64,000 bases of DNA from contig JBMNHG010000003.1 of assembly GCA_050950285.1 (NCBI GenBank), positions 492,337 to 556,336 on the forward strand. The letters run 5' to 3'. Made by a program: the position numbers and the translations under genes. Below are positions 18,257-27,746 of this stretch, piece by piece; positions within the stretch are counted from its first letter, which is position 1; every line of letters starts with the position of its first letter. Origin of the DNA: Kiritimatiellia bacterium. Its GTDB lineage: Bacteria; Verrucomicrobiota; Kiritimatiellia; RFP12; JBMNHG01. Below the pieces are notes generated by a model. It was not told the DNA's origin and did no database searches. It was given only the letters and a program-made list of their open reading frames with translations.

Positions 18257-18367
18257 GGCGTTGATTGATTCGAGGTGGTTTGATTCGAGGCGGTTTCGCG
18301 CGTCGGCCCGACCCGTGCGCGGAAATTGGCGCAGTGCGGGATAGTCTAACCGAAGCGGGGGTTTTTC

Positions 18368-18955
18368 TCATCCAAAAAGAACACGCCGCAGGAACTCGAC
18401 CTGAAGCCCCTTGATCTTGTCGTATGCGGCCTCGTTCGGGTGGAGGTGGTCGTCCTCGGTGTAGTGGATTGCGTTTGCCGCGGTCATGCCGCTTCGGCGG
18501 TAGAGGTCGAGGCACGGCACGTCCAGGCGCGCGCAGGTTTCGAGCTGGCCTTGCGCGAACCGTCCGAGAACGGCGTTCTTCTCGGGGTCGAGCGGCCACG
18601 GCATGGACGTGAACAGCACGACCGTGGAGTCCGGCGATTCCGCTCGAACCATCTTGACGCACCGTTCGATCGCGGCGTTCTGCTGGTCCACGGCGAACTC
18701 GTGGATGTCGTTCGTGCTCGCCCAGAGGACAAAGACGCGGTACGGTTCGCCCGCCGCCAGCGCCCTGCGGATTTGGTTGGGCACGTCGCCCTCCACGGGG
18801 GCGCCGGCCAGGAACCCCATGCCGCCGATGCCGTAATCGACGACATCGACGCCCAGCGCCTCGGACCAGGCGCGCTTCGCGACCTTGGAGGATTCCGCGC
18901 AACTGAAGGAACCGCCGAAGACGGCGACTTTGGGACGTGCGTGCGTTGCATTCAT
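18368..18955 (-). CDS. SGNH/GDSL-family hydrolase
   Basis: Block I VAVFGGSFS, GIGG, WASTND, terminal DDHLHP. Confidence 0.85.
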   Translation of the reverse strand: MNATHARPKVAVFGGSFSCAESSKVAKRAWSEALGVDVVDYGIGGMGFLAGAPVEGDVPNQIRRALAAGEPYRVFVLWASTNDIHEFAVDQQNAAIERCVKMVRAESPDSTVVLFTSMPWPLDPEKNAVLGRFAQGQLETCARLDVPCLDLYRRSGMTAANAIHYTEDDHLHPNEAAYDKIKGLQVEFLRRVLFG

Positions 18956-18963
18956 GTTGGTAA

Positions 18964-19227
18964 TTGGTTGAATCGGCGACCAGTCACGGGCCTCTGGACG
19001 CCGAACGTCATTGCGAGTTGTCGCGTCTGTTTGCGCAATCGACCGCAGGGTTGGTTTGCGTGACCGCCTTTCCCGATCGTGCCGTCATGTCGCGTTATCT
19101 TTCCGAGATCGCGTGGGAGTCGGAGGTGTGGGTGGCGGACGCGCCGTTTCACCTGATCCATTTCAGCGGTGCTTTTGGAAGCCTCGGCCCAAGCGATCGA
19201 TCAGTTCCGTTTCCAGTCTTGCGTTGA
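18964..19227 (+). pseudogene. C-terminal relic of a BsuBI/PstI-family type II restriction endonuclease
   Basis: VESATSHGP..RH.EL..LF...AGLVCVTAFPDR..M.RYLSEIAWESEVWVADAP.HLIHF matches the recalled family C-terminus. N-terminus and cognate methyltransferase are absent. Confidence 0.8.
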
Positions 19228-19257
19228 AAAAAAGCGCCGCGGTTGCGGCGCTGTCGT

Positions 19258-20241
19258 TTATCGGAGCATCGAGATGGTGTTGCCCCTGGGATCCAGCACG
19301 CCGGCGAATTCCGCGGCGGTGGGGGTGTAGGTGACGGCTCCGCCTCGGCTTCCGACTTTGCCCTTGATGCGGACGAGGACGAGGTAGCGGCGGTATTCCT
19401 CCGCGTCCATCACCGGCGAGACCGGCGCGGAGTCGAAGCCGCCCACGCGGTTTCCGATGAGGGAGCAGGAATCGCCGAGGCCGAAGGCGAGGAGGATGCC
19501 TCCGCTGCCGTAGAGGGTTTTGAAGGCGGCTTCGTTGTCGGCCTGCTCCACATCGTCCACGAGGATTTTGCCGGCATAGGTATAGGCGACGTTTTCACCG
19601 CAGGCCTTGTAGATGTTCGGGCCGACGGGCGTGCGGCCCTTGGTCGCGCCGGGATTGACCACGGCCACGGCGAGGCCGGCGGCGAGTTCCGTTGCGACGG
19701 AGGCGCACTTGTCGGGATTGCCGATCTCGCCCTGGGCCCATGCTCCGTCGTCGCCGACACGGCTCATCGTGCCGTCCGTCCCGCGCATGATGTATTGGAT
19801 GCCGAGGGTGTCGCGGAGCATCGTCGCCTCCGCTTCGGAGAGGTAGTAGGTGCCGAGGAGCTTGGCGGACGAGCCGGCCCAGGGGTTGGCGGTGCCGAGG
19901 AGCTTGGCGCTTGAAAGGCCCACGTTGCCGGGCTGGTTCGTGTAGATCATCAGCGGCGCGACGCTTCCGAGGTCGGCGGTGGAGTTGGCGGCACCCGGGG
20001 CCGCACCGTACATCGTGAGGGCGTCCAGGCGATTGAAGTCGAGGTCGTCGTAGTTCGCGGCCACGTAGGTTTCGATGCCGCTGGAGATGCGGGTGAGGTT
20101 GGCGAGGTTGACGCGTTCCTTCGATCTTTCCTGCACGCCGCCGAGCTTTTGGATGGCCAGGACGGAGAGGATCGCGACGATGGCGATGACGACGAGGAGC
20201 TCGATCAGGGTAAAGCCGCGCTTGCGGGGGGAAATGTCCAT
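19258..20241 (-). CDS. Prepilin-type (type IV pilin/pseudopilin) N-terminal cleavage/methylation domain protein
   Basis: RKRG|FTLIELLVVIAIVAILSVLAI class III signal peptide with Glu at +5. Confidence 0.9.
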   Translation of the reverse strand: MDISPRKRGFTLIELLVVIAIVAILSVLAIQKLGGVQERSKERVNLANLTRISSGIETYVAANYDDLDFNRLDALTMYGAAPGAANSTADLGSVAPLMIYTNQPGNVGLSSAKLLGTANPWAGSSAKLLGTYYLSEAEATMLRDTLGIQYIMRGTDGTMSRVGDDGAWAQGEIGNPDKCASVATELAAGLAVAVVNPGATKGRTPVGPNIYKACGENVAYTYAGKILVDDVEQADNEAAFKTLYGSGGILLAFGLGDSCSLIGNRVGGFDSAPVSPVMDAEEYRRYLVLVRIKGKVGSRGGAVTYTPTAAEFAGVLDPRGNTISMLR

Positions 20242-20336
20242 GGAAACACCTTCGACGGGCGATCGCGTCCGGCCCCATGCCGGAAGGCGCCGTCCACCCC
20301 ATTGAAACGCCCGGCACGCGGAAATGGTTCAGCGGT

Positions 20337-22262
20337 TTATTCGAAGACGATCCAGGACATCCAGGCGGGATCCTTCACGATGAAGCAATCGGCCCAATTG
20401 TGCGACCAGTCTTCGGGATGCTCCTCCACGGGCACGTCGAGCATGTTGTCGGCGCGGTTGGCGTTGAGCATAAAGAAGAAGGGGTTGTGTTTCCCCGGGC
20501 GGCACGGGCCGATTTCGGACCATGGGATGCGCGCGGTGTATTCGATGCCGCCGGTGACGGGCTTCACGCGCACTTCGGCGTTCGGGACGATTCCGCCCGG
20601 ATACTGGCCGATGCGCATCGAGTCGTTGCGCAGGAGGCGTCCGCCGGTGGTCGAGGCCCACAGGGTGAAGAGGGCGTAGCCGTTGAAGAAGTAGGGCCAT
20701 TCGAGCACGCCGGGGTCGCTGTCGCGGAGGGTGAACTGGATGGCGCCGGTGGGGTGGGTGATGTTCCGGAGGGGATCGTCCGCCAAAAAGCGGAGGAAAA
20801 GGGCGTCGCCGTCGTGGGCGAACTGGAGGTCGCCCACGACGCTGGTGGCGACGGTGCAGAAGTGGGGGGCGGGTTCGACCAGGGGCATGGCCTCGCGGGT
20901 GGCGGCGACGGGGATTGCGGCCCAATCGACGTCGCGCAGGGCGATGCCTTCGGGGAGGCGGGGGGAGCTCCTTGTGGGCGTGTCGGCCTTGGGTTGCTTG
21001 TGGCAGGCGACGGTGGTGTTGCGGCGGCCGGCCACCTGGATTTCGGCGCCATCCGCGAGGAGGTCGCCTTCGATCATGACGGGGCGGGCGTCGAGCGTGT
21101 CGCCGTCGTCGAGCGCGAGCGGCATGCCGTCGTGGCGCGCGCCTTCGTAGCGGCGCGGGAGGCGCAAGCGGCAGGGGGCGGTCCCCCAGGCCACGGTGAC
21201 GGGTCCGTTGGCCGCATCGAAGACGAAGGCATGGCCTTCGCGGCCGAAGGTGCGGGAATCGCGGAGAGGGGCGTCGCCGAGGCGGGAGGTCATCGCCTTC
21301 AGGGCCTGGTAGGAGGGGCCGAGCGAGCCGTCGTCGAGGCGCGGGCGGTTCTGGACGGGTGCGTCGGCGCCGGCGTCGGTGGGGTTGAACCAGAAGTAGC
21401 GTTCGATGTTGCCGCGCGACATGAGGCAGTGGCGGTAGTAGTGGGCGCAGGCCTCGTAGTCCGCGGCGGTGGCGATGCCGAAGCCGATCACGGCGCCTCC
21501 CGGGCCGTTTTCGGTGTCCCAGACGGGCTTTGCCCCGTCGCCGTACTTCACCATCACGCGGCGGAGGTTTTGGATGCCGGCCTCGAAGGATTCGGGGTGG
21601 TTGTTCGAGAGGTAGTGGACGCCCGCGATGTCGAAGTCGTCCTTGCAGCCATGGCGATAGAGGGCGTCGAGGAAGCGGCCGTCGGGGAAGCCGGCTCCGG
21701 AGACGATGCGTGCCTGGGGGTCGGCGGCGCGGATGCAGGCGGCGGTGCGATGGAGGAGTTCGGCGTAGCGGGCGACCGGGGCGCGCCGCAGCTGCTTCTT
21801 CTCGATCGCGGGCGCGTTGCGGTCGCCGGAGGTCGGATACCACCAGAAGAAGGGCGGCTCGTTGATGACCTCCCAGTAGCGGATGCGGTCGCGGTAGTAG
21901 GCGACGGCCTGGGCGACGAAATCCTCCCAGAAATCCCAGTGCTCCCAGATGGGCGTGCCCCAGGGGATGGGGTTGACGTCGCAATCGATGCCTTCCGGCC
22001 AGTTGCGCAGGTCGAGCAGGCCCATGATGGACATGCCGTTCCCCACGATGCGATCCACGGCGTCCTCGCCACGCGTGGCGAAGTCGAAGCCCTTCCCGGG
22101 GCCTTTGGCGCAGATGTCGATCTGCACCGGGCGCGTGAGGCGGACCCAGCGGGCGCCGGCTTCGGCGAAGGTTGGGATCGCCTCGAGGCTTTCCGGATAG
22201 ATGCCCCAGCTGTGGCAGCCGAAACGGCAGGACGCATTGCGGGAGACGTTGCTTTTGTCCAT
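20337..22262 (-). CDS. Clan GH-A glycoside hydrolase (GH39-like) with C-terminal CBM9/DOMON-like domain
   Basis: GARWVR, RYWEVINEP, FDIAGVHY, KPVWDTENG, ERYFWF; C-terminal YTARIPWSEI. Alternative start at 22325. Confidence 0.75.
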   Translation of the reverse strand: MDKSNVSRNASCRFGCHSWGIYPESLEAIPTFAEAGARWVRLTRPVQIDICAKGPGKGFDFATRGEDAVDRIVGNGMSIMGLLDLRNWPEGIDCDVNPIPWGTPIWEHWDFWEDFVAQAVAYYRDRIRYWEVINEPPFFWWYPTSGDRNAPAIEKKQLRRAPVARYAELLHRTAACIRAADPQARIVSGAGFPDGRFLDALYRHGCKDDFDIAGVHYLSNNHPESFEAGIQNLRRVMVKYGDGAKPVWDTENGPGGAVIGFGIATAADYEACAHYYRHCLMSRGNIERYFWFNPTDAGADAPVQNRPRLDDGSLGPSYQALKAMTSRLGDAPLRDSRTFGREGHAFVFDAANGPVTVAWGTAPCRLRLPRRYEGARHDGMPLALDDGDTLDARPVMIEGDLLADGAEIQVAGRRNTTVACHKQPKADTPTRSSPRLPEGIALRDVDWAAIPVAATREAMPLVEPAPHFCTVATSVVGDLQFAHDGDALFLRFLADDPLRNITHPTGAIQFTLRDSDPGVLEWPYFFNGYALFTLWASTTGGRLLRNDSMRIGQYPGGIVPNAEVRVKPVTGGIEYTARIPWSEIGPCRPGKHNPFFFMLNANRADNMLDVPVEEHPEDWSHNWADCFIVKDPAWMSWIVFE

Positions 22263-22311
22263 GGAGGGCGCCTGTGATGGAGGGACGCGGCGGAGGATGG
22301 GCGGGCGAGGG

Positions 22312-22845
22312 CTACGGCTGTTCAAGCTGCTTGAGGAAGAGGCGCCGGACCCAGCTGTCTTCGGCGACGACGCCTTGCTCGGCCAGGACGCAGATGGCGG
22401 TAACGATGACGCAGGCGATCAGTACGCCGAGAACGTTCGCCCAGAAGAATTTCTTTTTGTCGAACCCCAGCAGGTAGGCGCCGAACGCGCCCGTATAGGC
22501 GCCCGTGCCCGGAAGCGGTATGCCGATGAAGACCGCCAGGCCGATCTCGCCGTATTTCTCCACGTAGGGGCGCAGCTTGTCCTGCGTGCGGGCGAAGAAG
22601 GGCCAGATGTGCAGGTCGAACCATCTCCATCGGCGCAAGAGGCTCACGACGGGCCCCATCAGCCAGAAGACCGCCACGCCTACCAGCACGTTCGCGACAA
22701 AGCAAATCGCGGCCACGTTCCCCCAGCCGCCGACCGTTTCGCGGCATGTCGTCGTGAAGAAGCCCACTGGAATCGACGCACGAAGTTCGAGGCCGGGGAT
22801 GGCGGTCCAAAACGCCAGGAAGGCAATTGCTTTCAAGATGTCCAT
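22312..22845 (-). CDS. Small multidrug export-like membrane protein (COG2426-like)
   Basis: PGLELRASIP and FIGIPLPGTGAYTG motifs; four hydrophobic segments. Confidence 0.85.
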   Translation of the reverse strand: MDILKAIAFLAFWTAIPGLELRASIPVGFFTTTCRETVGGWGNVAAICFVANVLVGVAVFWLMGPVVSLLRRWRWFDLHIWPFFARTQDKLRPYVEKYGEIGLAVFIGIPLPGTGAYTGAFGAYLLGFDKKKFFWANVLGVLIACVIVTAICVLAEQGVVAEDSWVRRLFLKQLEQP

Positions 22846-23208
22846 AAAGCCGGAAGGATAGCGGAAATGCCGGACAGGGTTCAAGGACAGGATTTGGCGA
22901 TGGATGGGCCGATGCACGATCCTTTGCCCGGCTTTGCCGCCGGGCGCGAGAGGAAGTTGGGGGCCAACGCGGCCTGCCTGGGGACCGCCGTCCCCGGCGG
23001 GCCGGATGGCCGGATGGATGGACGACCTCCGTGTCGTCCGGCCGGGTTTTGCAAGCGCGATCTTTTCAGCCACGATCTTTTAATCTTGCTTCCACAACCC
23101 GTTTTTGTCATCATCTTATTCAAAGAAGCGCAGGGCTTCCCGGAAAAGAGTTTCGGCGTCCCCCTGCGGTTGCCAACGCAACAACCAGCTCGACAGCGAG
23201 GAAACGCC

Positions 23209-25296
23209 ATGAAAAAGTTGCTTTCCACCGTTTTTCTTGCCTTTGTCGCGACGGCGGCAACGGCCGTCGACGTCGATGGCGTCTGGACGTCCGCCACGAG
23301 CGGCTTCTGGGACGATCCGTCCGCCTGGACGGGCGGCGTCCCCTCCGGCAACGGCTCCGCGACGATCACGCAAGCCGGCGCCGACTACACGGTCGCCGTG
23401 ACATCGGATGTCGGCACCGTCGGCTCGCTCCTGGTCGGCGGCGGCCCGTCGAGCACCACGACGCTCGCGGTCGCCGCGCCGCTCGGCGTCACCACCGGCC
23501 GGCTCAACGTCGCCCAAGGCGGCGTCCTCGCCGTCCAGGACGGCGGCGTCCTCACGCGCACCGGCCCGTCCGATTCGGCCGAAGGCTCGCTCGTCGTCGC
23601 GGGCGGCGGCACGTTCCGCGTCGAAGACGGCGGCCAGGCCGCCCTCACGAACCTGGCCGGCGAAACAGCCAACCGGCACGTCTACATCGGAAAGAACAAC
23701 CAGTCCGGGCATCTCGTCATGACCGGCGGCAAGATGAAAATCTCCTCGCCCGCGCGGAACAACGGCGATACGCTCCTCTTCATCGGCGACGACTATTCCG
23801 GCACGGCGGACAACCGCCCGTCCCTCCAGATGTCCGGGGACGCGCATCTCGACGTCGCGCTGGTGGGGGCTGATTGGTACAACTACGCCATCAAACTCGG
23901 CAAGCGCTCGCTCGTGACGATGACGGACAACGCGCTGCTCGACCTGCACAACTGCATCAGCGCCCACACGATCTGGGCGGGAAGCGATGGCACCAACAGC
24001 ATCCACCTCTCCGGCCACGCGGCGTTCTACGCGACAAACAGCGGCGCCCGCATTTCCTTCGGCTACCCGGCAAGCGCCATGTGGCAGCCGAACCATTCCT
24101 TCGCGGACATTTCCCTCGCGGACCACGCCGCCATGACGCTTCAGTCGACCACGTTCACGGCCGGCAGGAACGGCGCCGCGACGCTCGCGATCACCGACAA
24201 CGCGACGTTGGCAGTCGTAAACGGCTACTGCGCCTTCCTCCACGCGGGCGCCGGGCTCGGCGGCCGCTGTGAAATCAACATCTCGGGCGACGGATTGCTC
24301 GACATCGGAACAAGCGCGCGATTCGGAACGGCCGGCGAAGCGAGCCTCGTCGGCCCGATCTCGTGCGAAATCAACCAGTCGGGCGGCGTCATCCATGCAC
24401 GGCCGGACAAGACGGGTCCCACCGTCAACGGCATCCGAATGGGCGATACGGCCACCTGGACCGACAAGGTCGACACGAACGCCTACGGCCTCGTCCGCTA
24501 CAATCTTTCCGGCGGCGTCATCTCGAACGCGGCCGTGTTCGTCCTCGGCTGGAAGGCCCCCCTCACGAACGAGCTGGTCCAGACGGGCGGCACGTTCCTG
24601 AGCCTCAACACCATCGACGACAATCCCGCCCATCCGGTCTTCATCGGCCTGAACGGCGGGCATGGCGACTACCGCCTCCTGGGCGGTGTCTCGGACATCC
24701 AGGACGACCTTTTCATCGGCGGCATCTCGCTCCAGCAGGAGCTGTTCAGCAGAGGCTTCCTGGCGGGCGGCAACGAGACGAGCGACGGATACAAAACCCT
24801 CGTCTTCCAGCCCCCGGCAAGCGCACCGGAAACCTTCGGCCGCCTGTACATCGACGGCGGATCGATGACGGTGACGAACCACTACCAGAAGTGGAACCGA
24901 TGTCCCGGCTGGTCCCCACCCGTCGTCCCGGGCAAGGTCTGGGTCGGCCTCAACGGCCGCGGCGTCATCGACATGGGCGAAAAGGGCTCGCTCAAGTGCC
25001 GGGAGCTCATCCTGACCAACGCCACGTCCTCCGCCGTGTCGTTCACGTTCGGCGAGACCGGCGTCGCGCCGATCACCGTCAACGAAAAGCTGACCATCGC
25101 CGAAGGCGCGAAGCTCGCGGTCGACGTCCGCGGCTACAAGGGCGGGACGCTCGCCTGGCACGTCCTGTCGTCGCCGCTTTGCGAAGGCGCATTCTCGCCA
25201 TCGAACATCAGCGTCCTCGGCAACGCCGCCGTCCTGCAAGACACCGACGGCGTGTGGGTGACGATCAACCGCGGGACGTTGATGTTTGTCAGATAG
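23209..25296 (+). CDS. Secreted Gly/Thr/Asn-rich beta-helix (autotransporter-passenger-like) protein; no barrel; C-terminal RGTLMFVR tag
   Basis: GAGGA RBS; signal peptide MKKLLSTVFLAFVATAATA. N-terminal W...SGFWDDPSAWTGG.P motif; repeated xG...G.L.xxGG coils. Confidence 0.8.
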   Translation: MKKLLSTVFLAFVATAATAVDVDGVWTSATSGFWDDPSAWTGGVPSGNGSATITQAGADYTVAVTSDVGTVGSLLVGGGPSSTTTLAVAAPLGVTTGRLNVAQGGVLAVQDGGVLTRTGPSDSAEGSLVVAGGGTFRVEDGGQAALTNLAGETANRHVYIGKNNQSGHLVMTGGKMKISSPARNNGDTLLFIGDDYSGTADNRPSLQMSGDAHLDVALVGADWYNYAIKLGKRSLVTMTDNALLDLHNCISAHTIWAGSDGTNSIHLSGHAAFYATNSGARISFGYPASAMWQPNHSFADISLADHAAMTLQSTTFTAGRNGAATLAITDNATLAVVNGYCAFLHAGAGLGGRCEINISGDGLLDIGTSARFGTAGEASLVGPISCEINQSGGVIHARPDKTGPTVNGIRMGDTATWTDKVDTNAYGLVRYNLSGGVISNAAVFVLGWKAPLTNELVQTGGTFLSLNTIDDNPAHPVFIGLNGGHGDYRLLGGVSDIQDDLFIGGISLQQELFSRGFLAGGNETSDGYKTLVFQPPASAPETFGRLYIDGGSMTVTNHYQKWNRCPGWSPPVVPGKVWVGLNGRGVIDMGEKGSLKCRELILTNATSSAVSFTFGETGVAPITVNEKLTIAEGAKLAVDVRGYKGGTLAWHVLSSPLCEGAFSPSNISVLGNAAVLQDTDGVWVTINRGTLMFVR

Positions 25297-25305
25297 CGTC
25301 CATCG

Positions 25306-27678
25306 ATGACCTCCTTCCCTCTCTGGCATTTCCCTCTCGATCGGCCGCACGCCGGGCCCATGCTGGGAAATTCCCGCAACGGATTGCTCCTCTGGGGCGA
25401 AGGACGCACGCTCGTCCTGACACTCGCCGACAACACGTTCTGGGATCATGACGGCGGCGCCGAGTGGCAGGAAGGCCAATCCTACGCCCGCATCCGCGCA
25501 GCGCTGGAGGCGGAGGACGCCAAAGCGCTGCGCGACATCTTTCCACCCACCGAGCGGACGCCGCAATTGCTGCCGCTCGGGCGGGTCGTCGTGCACTTCC
25601 CGCGCGGCGTGTCGCTCGACACGGCGCGGCTCGACATCCGCCGCGGCGTCATCGACGTCGCGCTGCGGCGGCGGGGACGCAACGCGGCGGGACGCCGCGT
25701 CCGCTCCGAACGCAACGCGGCTCGCGTCCGCGTGACGCTCGACCGCGAAACGGGCGCCGTCCCGCTGGCCTTCAGCCCGGGCCTTTCGCCCGAATCGGTC
25801 GAGGCCATCCCGGCCTGGGATGTGCCGGACAAGCAAGTCTTCTTCCCCGCCGCCCGCAACTCGTTCGAGCAACGCGGCTATGCACCGCCGCTGCGCGAAG
25901 CGGACGGCTTTGCGCAACCGCTTCCACAAGACCCGGCCGCCGCCGTGGCGTTCGCCGGCACGGCCCGGGGCCTCTATGCGGCCACCGCGCGCGGCCCGGA
26001 CGCCGCATCGGCTCTCGCCGCGGCGCGCCAAGCGGCCGCAGCCGCCGCAAAGACCGGCGCGACGGAGCTTCTCCGCCGCGCGGCGGCGTTCTGGAAAGAC
26101 TATTGGCGCGATGTGCCGCGCCTCTCGATCCCGAACCCGCTCCTGCAAGCGGTTTACGAGTTCGGCATGTACAAATTCGGCGCCTCGACCGCCGTGCGCG
26201 GCGAACCGCTGGCGACCCCCGCCCCGCTGCAAGGGCCATGGTACGAAGACAACAAACTCCCGCCGTGGGGCGGCGACTACCATTTCAACATCAACGCGCA
26301 AGAGTGCCACTGGCCCGCCTATGCCGGCAACCGCCTTGAAAACCTGCTGCCGCTCTTCGACATGATCGCGTCGTGGGAAGAGCGACTCCGCCACAATGCC
26401 AGGGTTTTCACAGGCAGCGAGAATGGCATCATGCTCCCGCATGCGGTTGACGACCGCGGCGTCGCGATGACCGCCGCCTTCTGGAGCGGCATGATGGACC
26501 ACGCCTCGACGATGTGGATGGCGGACATGATGTGGCAATACGTTCGCTACGGCGGCAAGGCCGGACGCGCGTTCCTGCGCAAGACGGCGCTGCCATTCAT
26601 GAAGGGCGCATTCGAAGTCTTCTTCGCCATGCTCGACCGCGAGCCGGACGGCTCGCTGGCGCTCCCGGTCGGGCCGTCGCCCGAATTTCGCGGCGCGGAT
26701 CTCAACGCCTGGGGACGCAACGCCTCGTTTGAGCTCGCCGCCGGCCACCGACTCGCGGAGGATCTCGAAGCCGCGGCCGCCCTGCTCGGCGAAGCGCCCG
26801 ACCCACGCTGGCGCGATGTGCTCGACCATCTCCCCAAGGCCGCCATCGTCCAGACGAACGGGCTTCTCACCAACGACGTGCCGCCCCTCGCCGATCGGGC
26901 GCTCCCCGCACCGCCGCCCTCGCCCGGACACGAGCGGATTGGGCTCTGGGAAGGGCTCGACCTCCCGGAATCGCACCGCCACCACGCCCACCTCGCGGCG
27001 ATCCATCCGTTCGACACCATCGACGTCGACGATCCAGCCTGGACCCGCATCGTCGATGCGTCCTACCAGCGCTGGATTTTCAACGGCCCTGGCTGCTGGA
27101 GCGGCTGGTGCCTGCCCTGGGCGTCGATCCTCCATACGCGCGCCGGCAACGCCGCGATGGCCGAACTGCAACTCGAAATCTGGGAGCGTCTGTTTACGAA
27201 CGAAGGCCACGGCACGCTCCACCATGCATGCCACTGCGGGTACACCCGCTTCGTGACAAACGGCGGCGGCGCGCTGGAGTTGCACCATCCCAACGTGAAG
27301 GAAGACGAGTGCATGCAACTGGATGCCTCGGGCGGCGCCACGGCGGCGATTCTGGAAATGCTGCTCCTCGACAAACGCGGCACGGTGTTCCTCTTCCGCG
27401 GCGCGCCCCAGCGCTGGCTCGACGTCTCGTTCGACGGCATTCGCGCGCCCGGCGGCGTGCTCGTCTCCGCCGCCCGCCGCGGCGGCACGGTTCGATCGGT
27501 GCGACTTCACGCCGTCTCCGGCCCGACCGCCTTCCGCCTCGCCAACCCCTGGCCCGACCGCACCGCGCAACTTTTCCGCCCGGGGCGAACGCCCCAACCC
27601 CTTGCCCCCGACGCCACCGGCGCACTCGTCGTCCGCCTCCGCGCAAATGAACGCGCAACGCTTCGGGCGGGTCGCTAG
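25306..27678 (+). CDS. GH95-like glycoside hydrolase (alpha-L-fucosidase-like)
   Basis: LGNSRNG, PLQGPW...PPWGGDYHFNINAQECHW, SPE, SHRHHAHL, SGW, MQLDASGG motifs. Confidence 0.8.
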   Translation: MTSFPLWHFPLDRPHAGPMLGNSRNGLLLWGEGRTLVLTLADNTFWDHDGGAEWQEGQSYARIRAALEAEDAKALRDIFPPTERTPQLLPLGRVVVHFPRGVSLDTARLDIRRGVIDVALRRRGRNAAGRRVRSERNAARVRVTLDRETGAVPLAFSPGLSPESVEAIPAWDVPDKQVFFPAARNSFEQRGYAPPLREADGFAQPLPQDPAAAVAFAGTARGLYAATARGPDAASALAAARQAAAAAAKTGATELLRRAAAFWKDYWRDVPRLSIPNPLLQAVYEFGMYKFGASTAVRGEPLATPAPLQGPWYEDNKLPPWGGDYHFNINAQECHWPAYAGNRLENLLPLFDMIASWEERLRHNARVFTGSENGIMLPHAVDDRGVAMTAAFWSGMMDHASTMWMADMMWQYVRYGGKAGRAFLRKTALPFMKGAFEVFFAMLDREPDGSLALPVGPSPEFRGADLNAWGRNASFELAAGHRLAEDLEAAAALLGEAPDPRWRDVLDHLPKAAIVQTNGLLTNDVPPLADRALPAPPPSPGHERIGLWEGLDLPESHRHHAHLAAIHPFDTIDVDDPAWTRIVDASYQRWIFNGPGCWSGWCLPWASILHTRAGNAAMAELQLEIWERLFTNEGHGTLHHACHCGYTRFVTNGGGALELHHPNVKEDECMQLDASGGATAAILEMLLLDKRGTVFLFRGAPQRWLDVSFDGIRAPGGVLVSAARRGGTVRSVRLHAVSGPTAFRLANPWPDRTAQLFRPGRTPQPLAPDATGALVVRLRANERATLRAGR

Positions 27679-27746
27679 CCGCCGGCGCCGAAAGACCACA
27701 CGCTTGCACTTGGCCTTGCTCGTAATCCCGTGATTCGCAATTTCCA

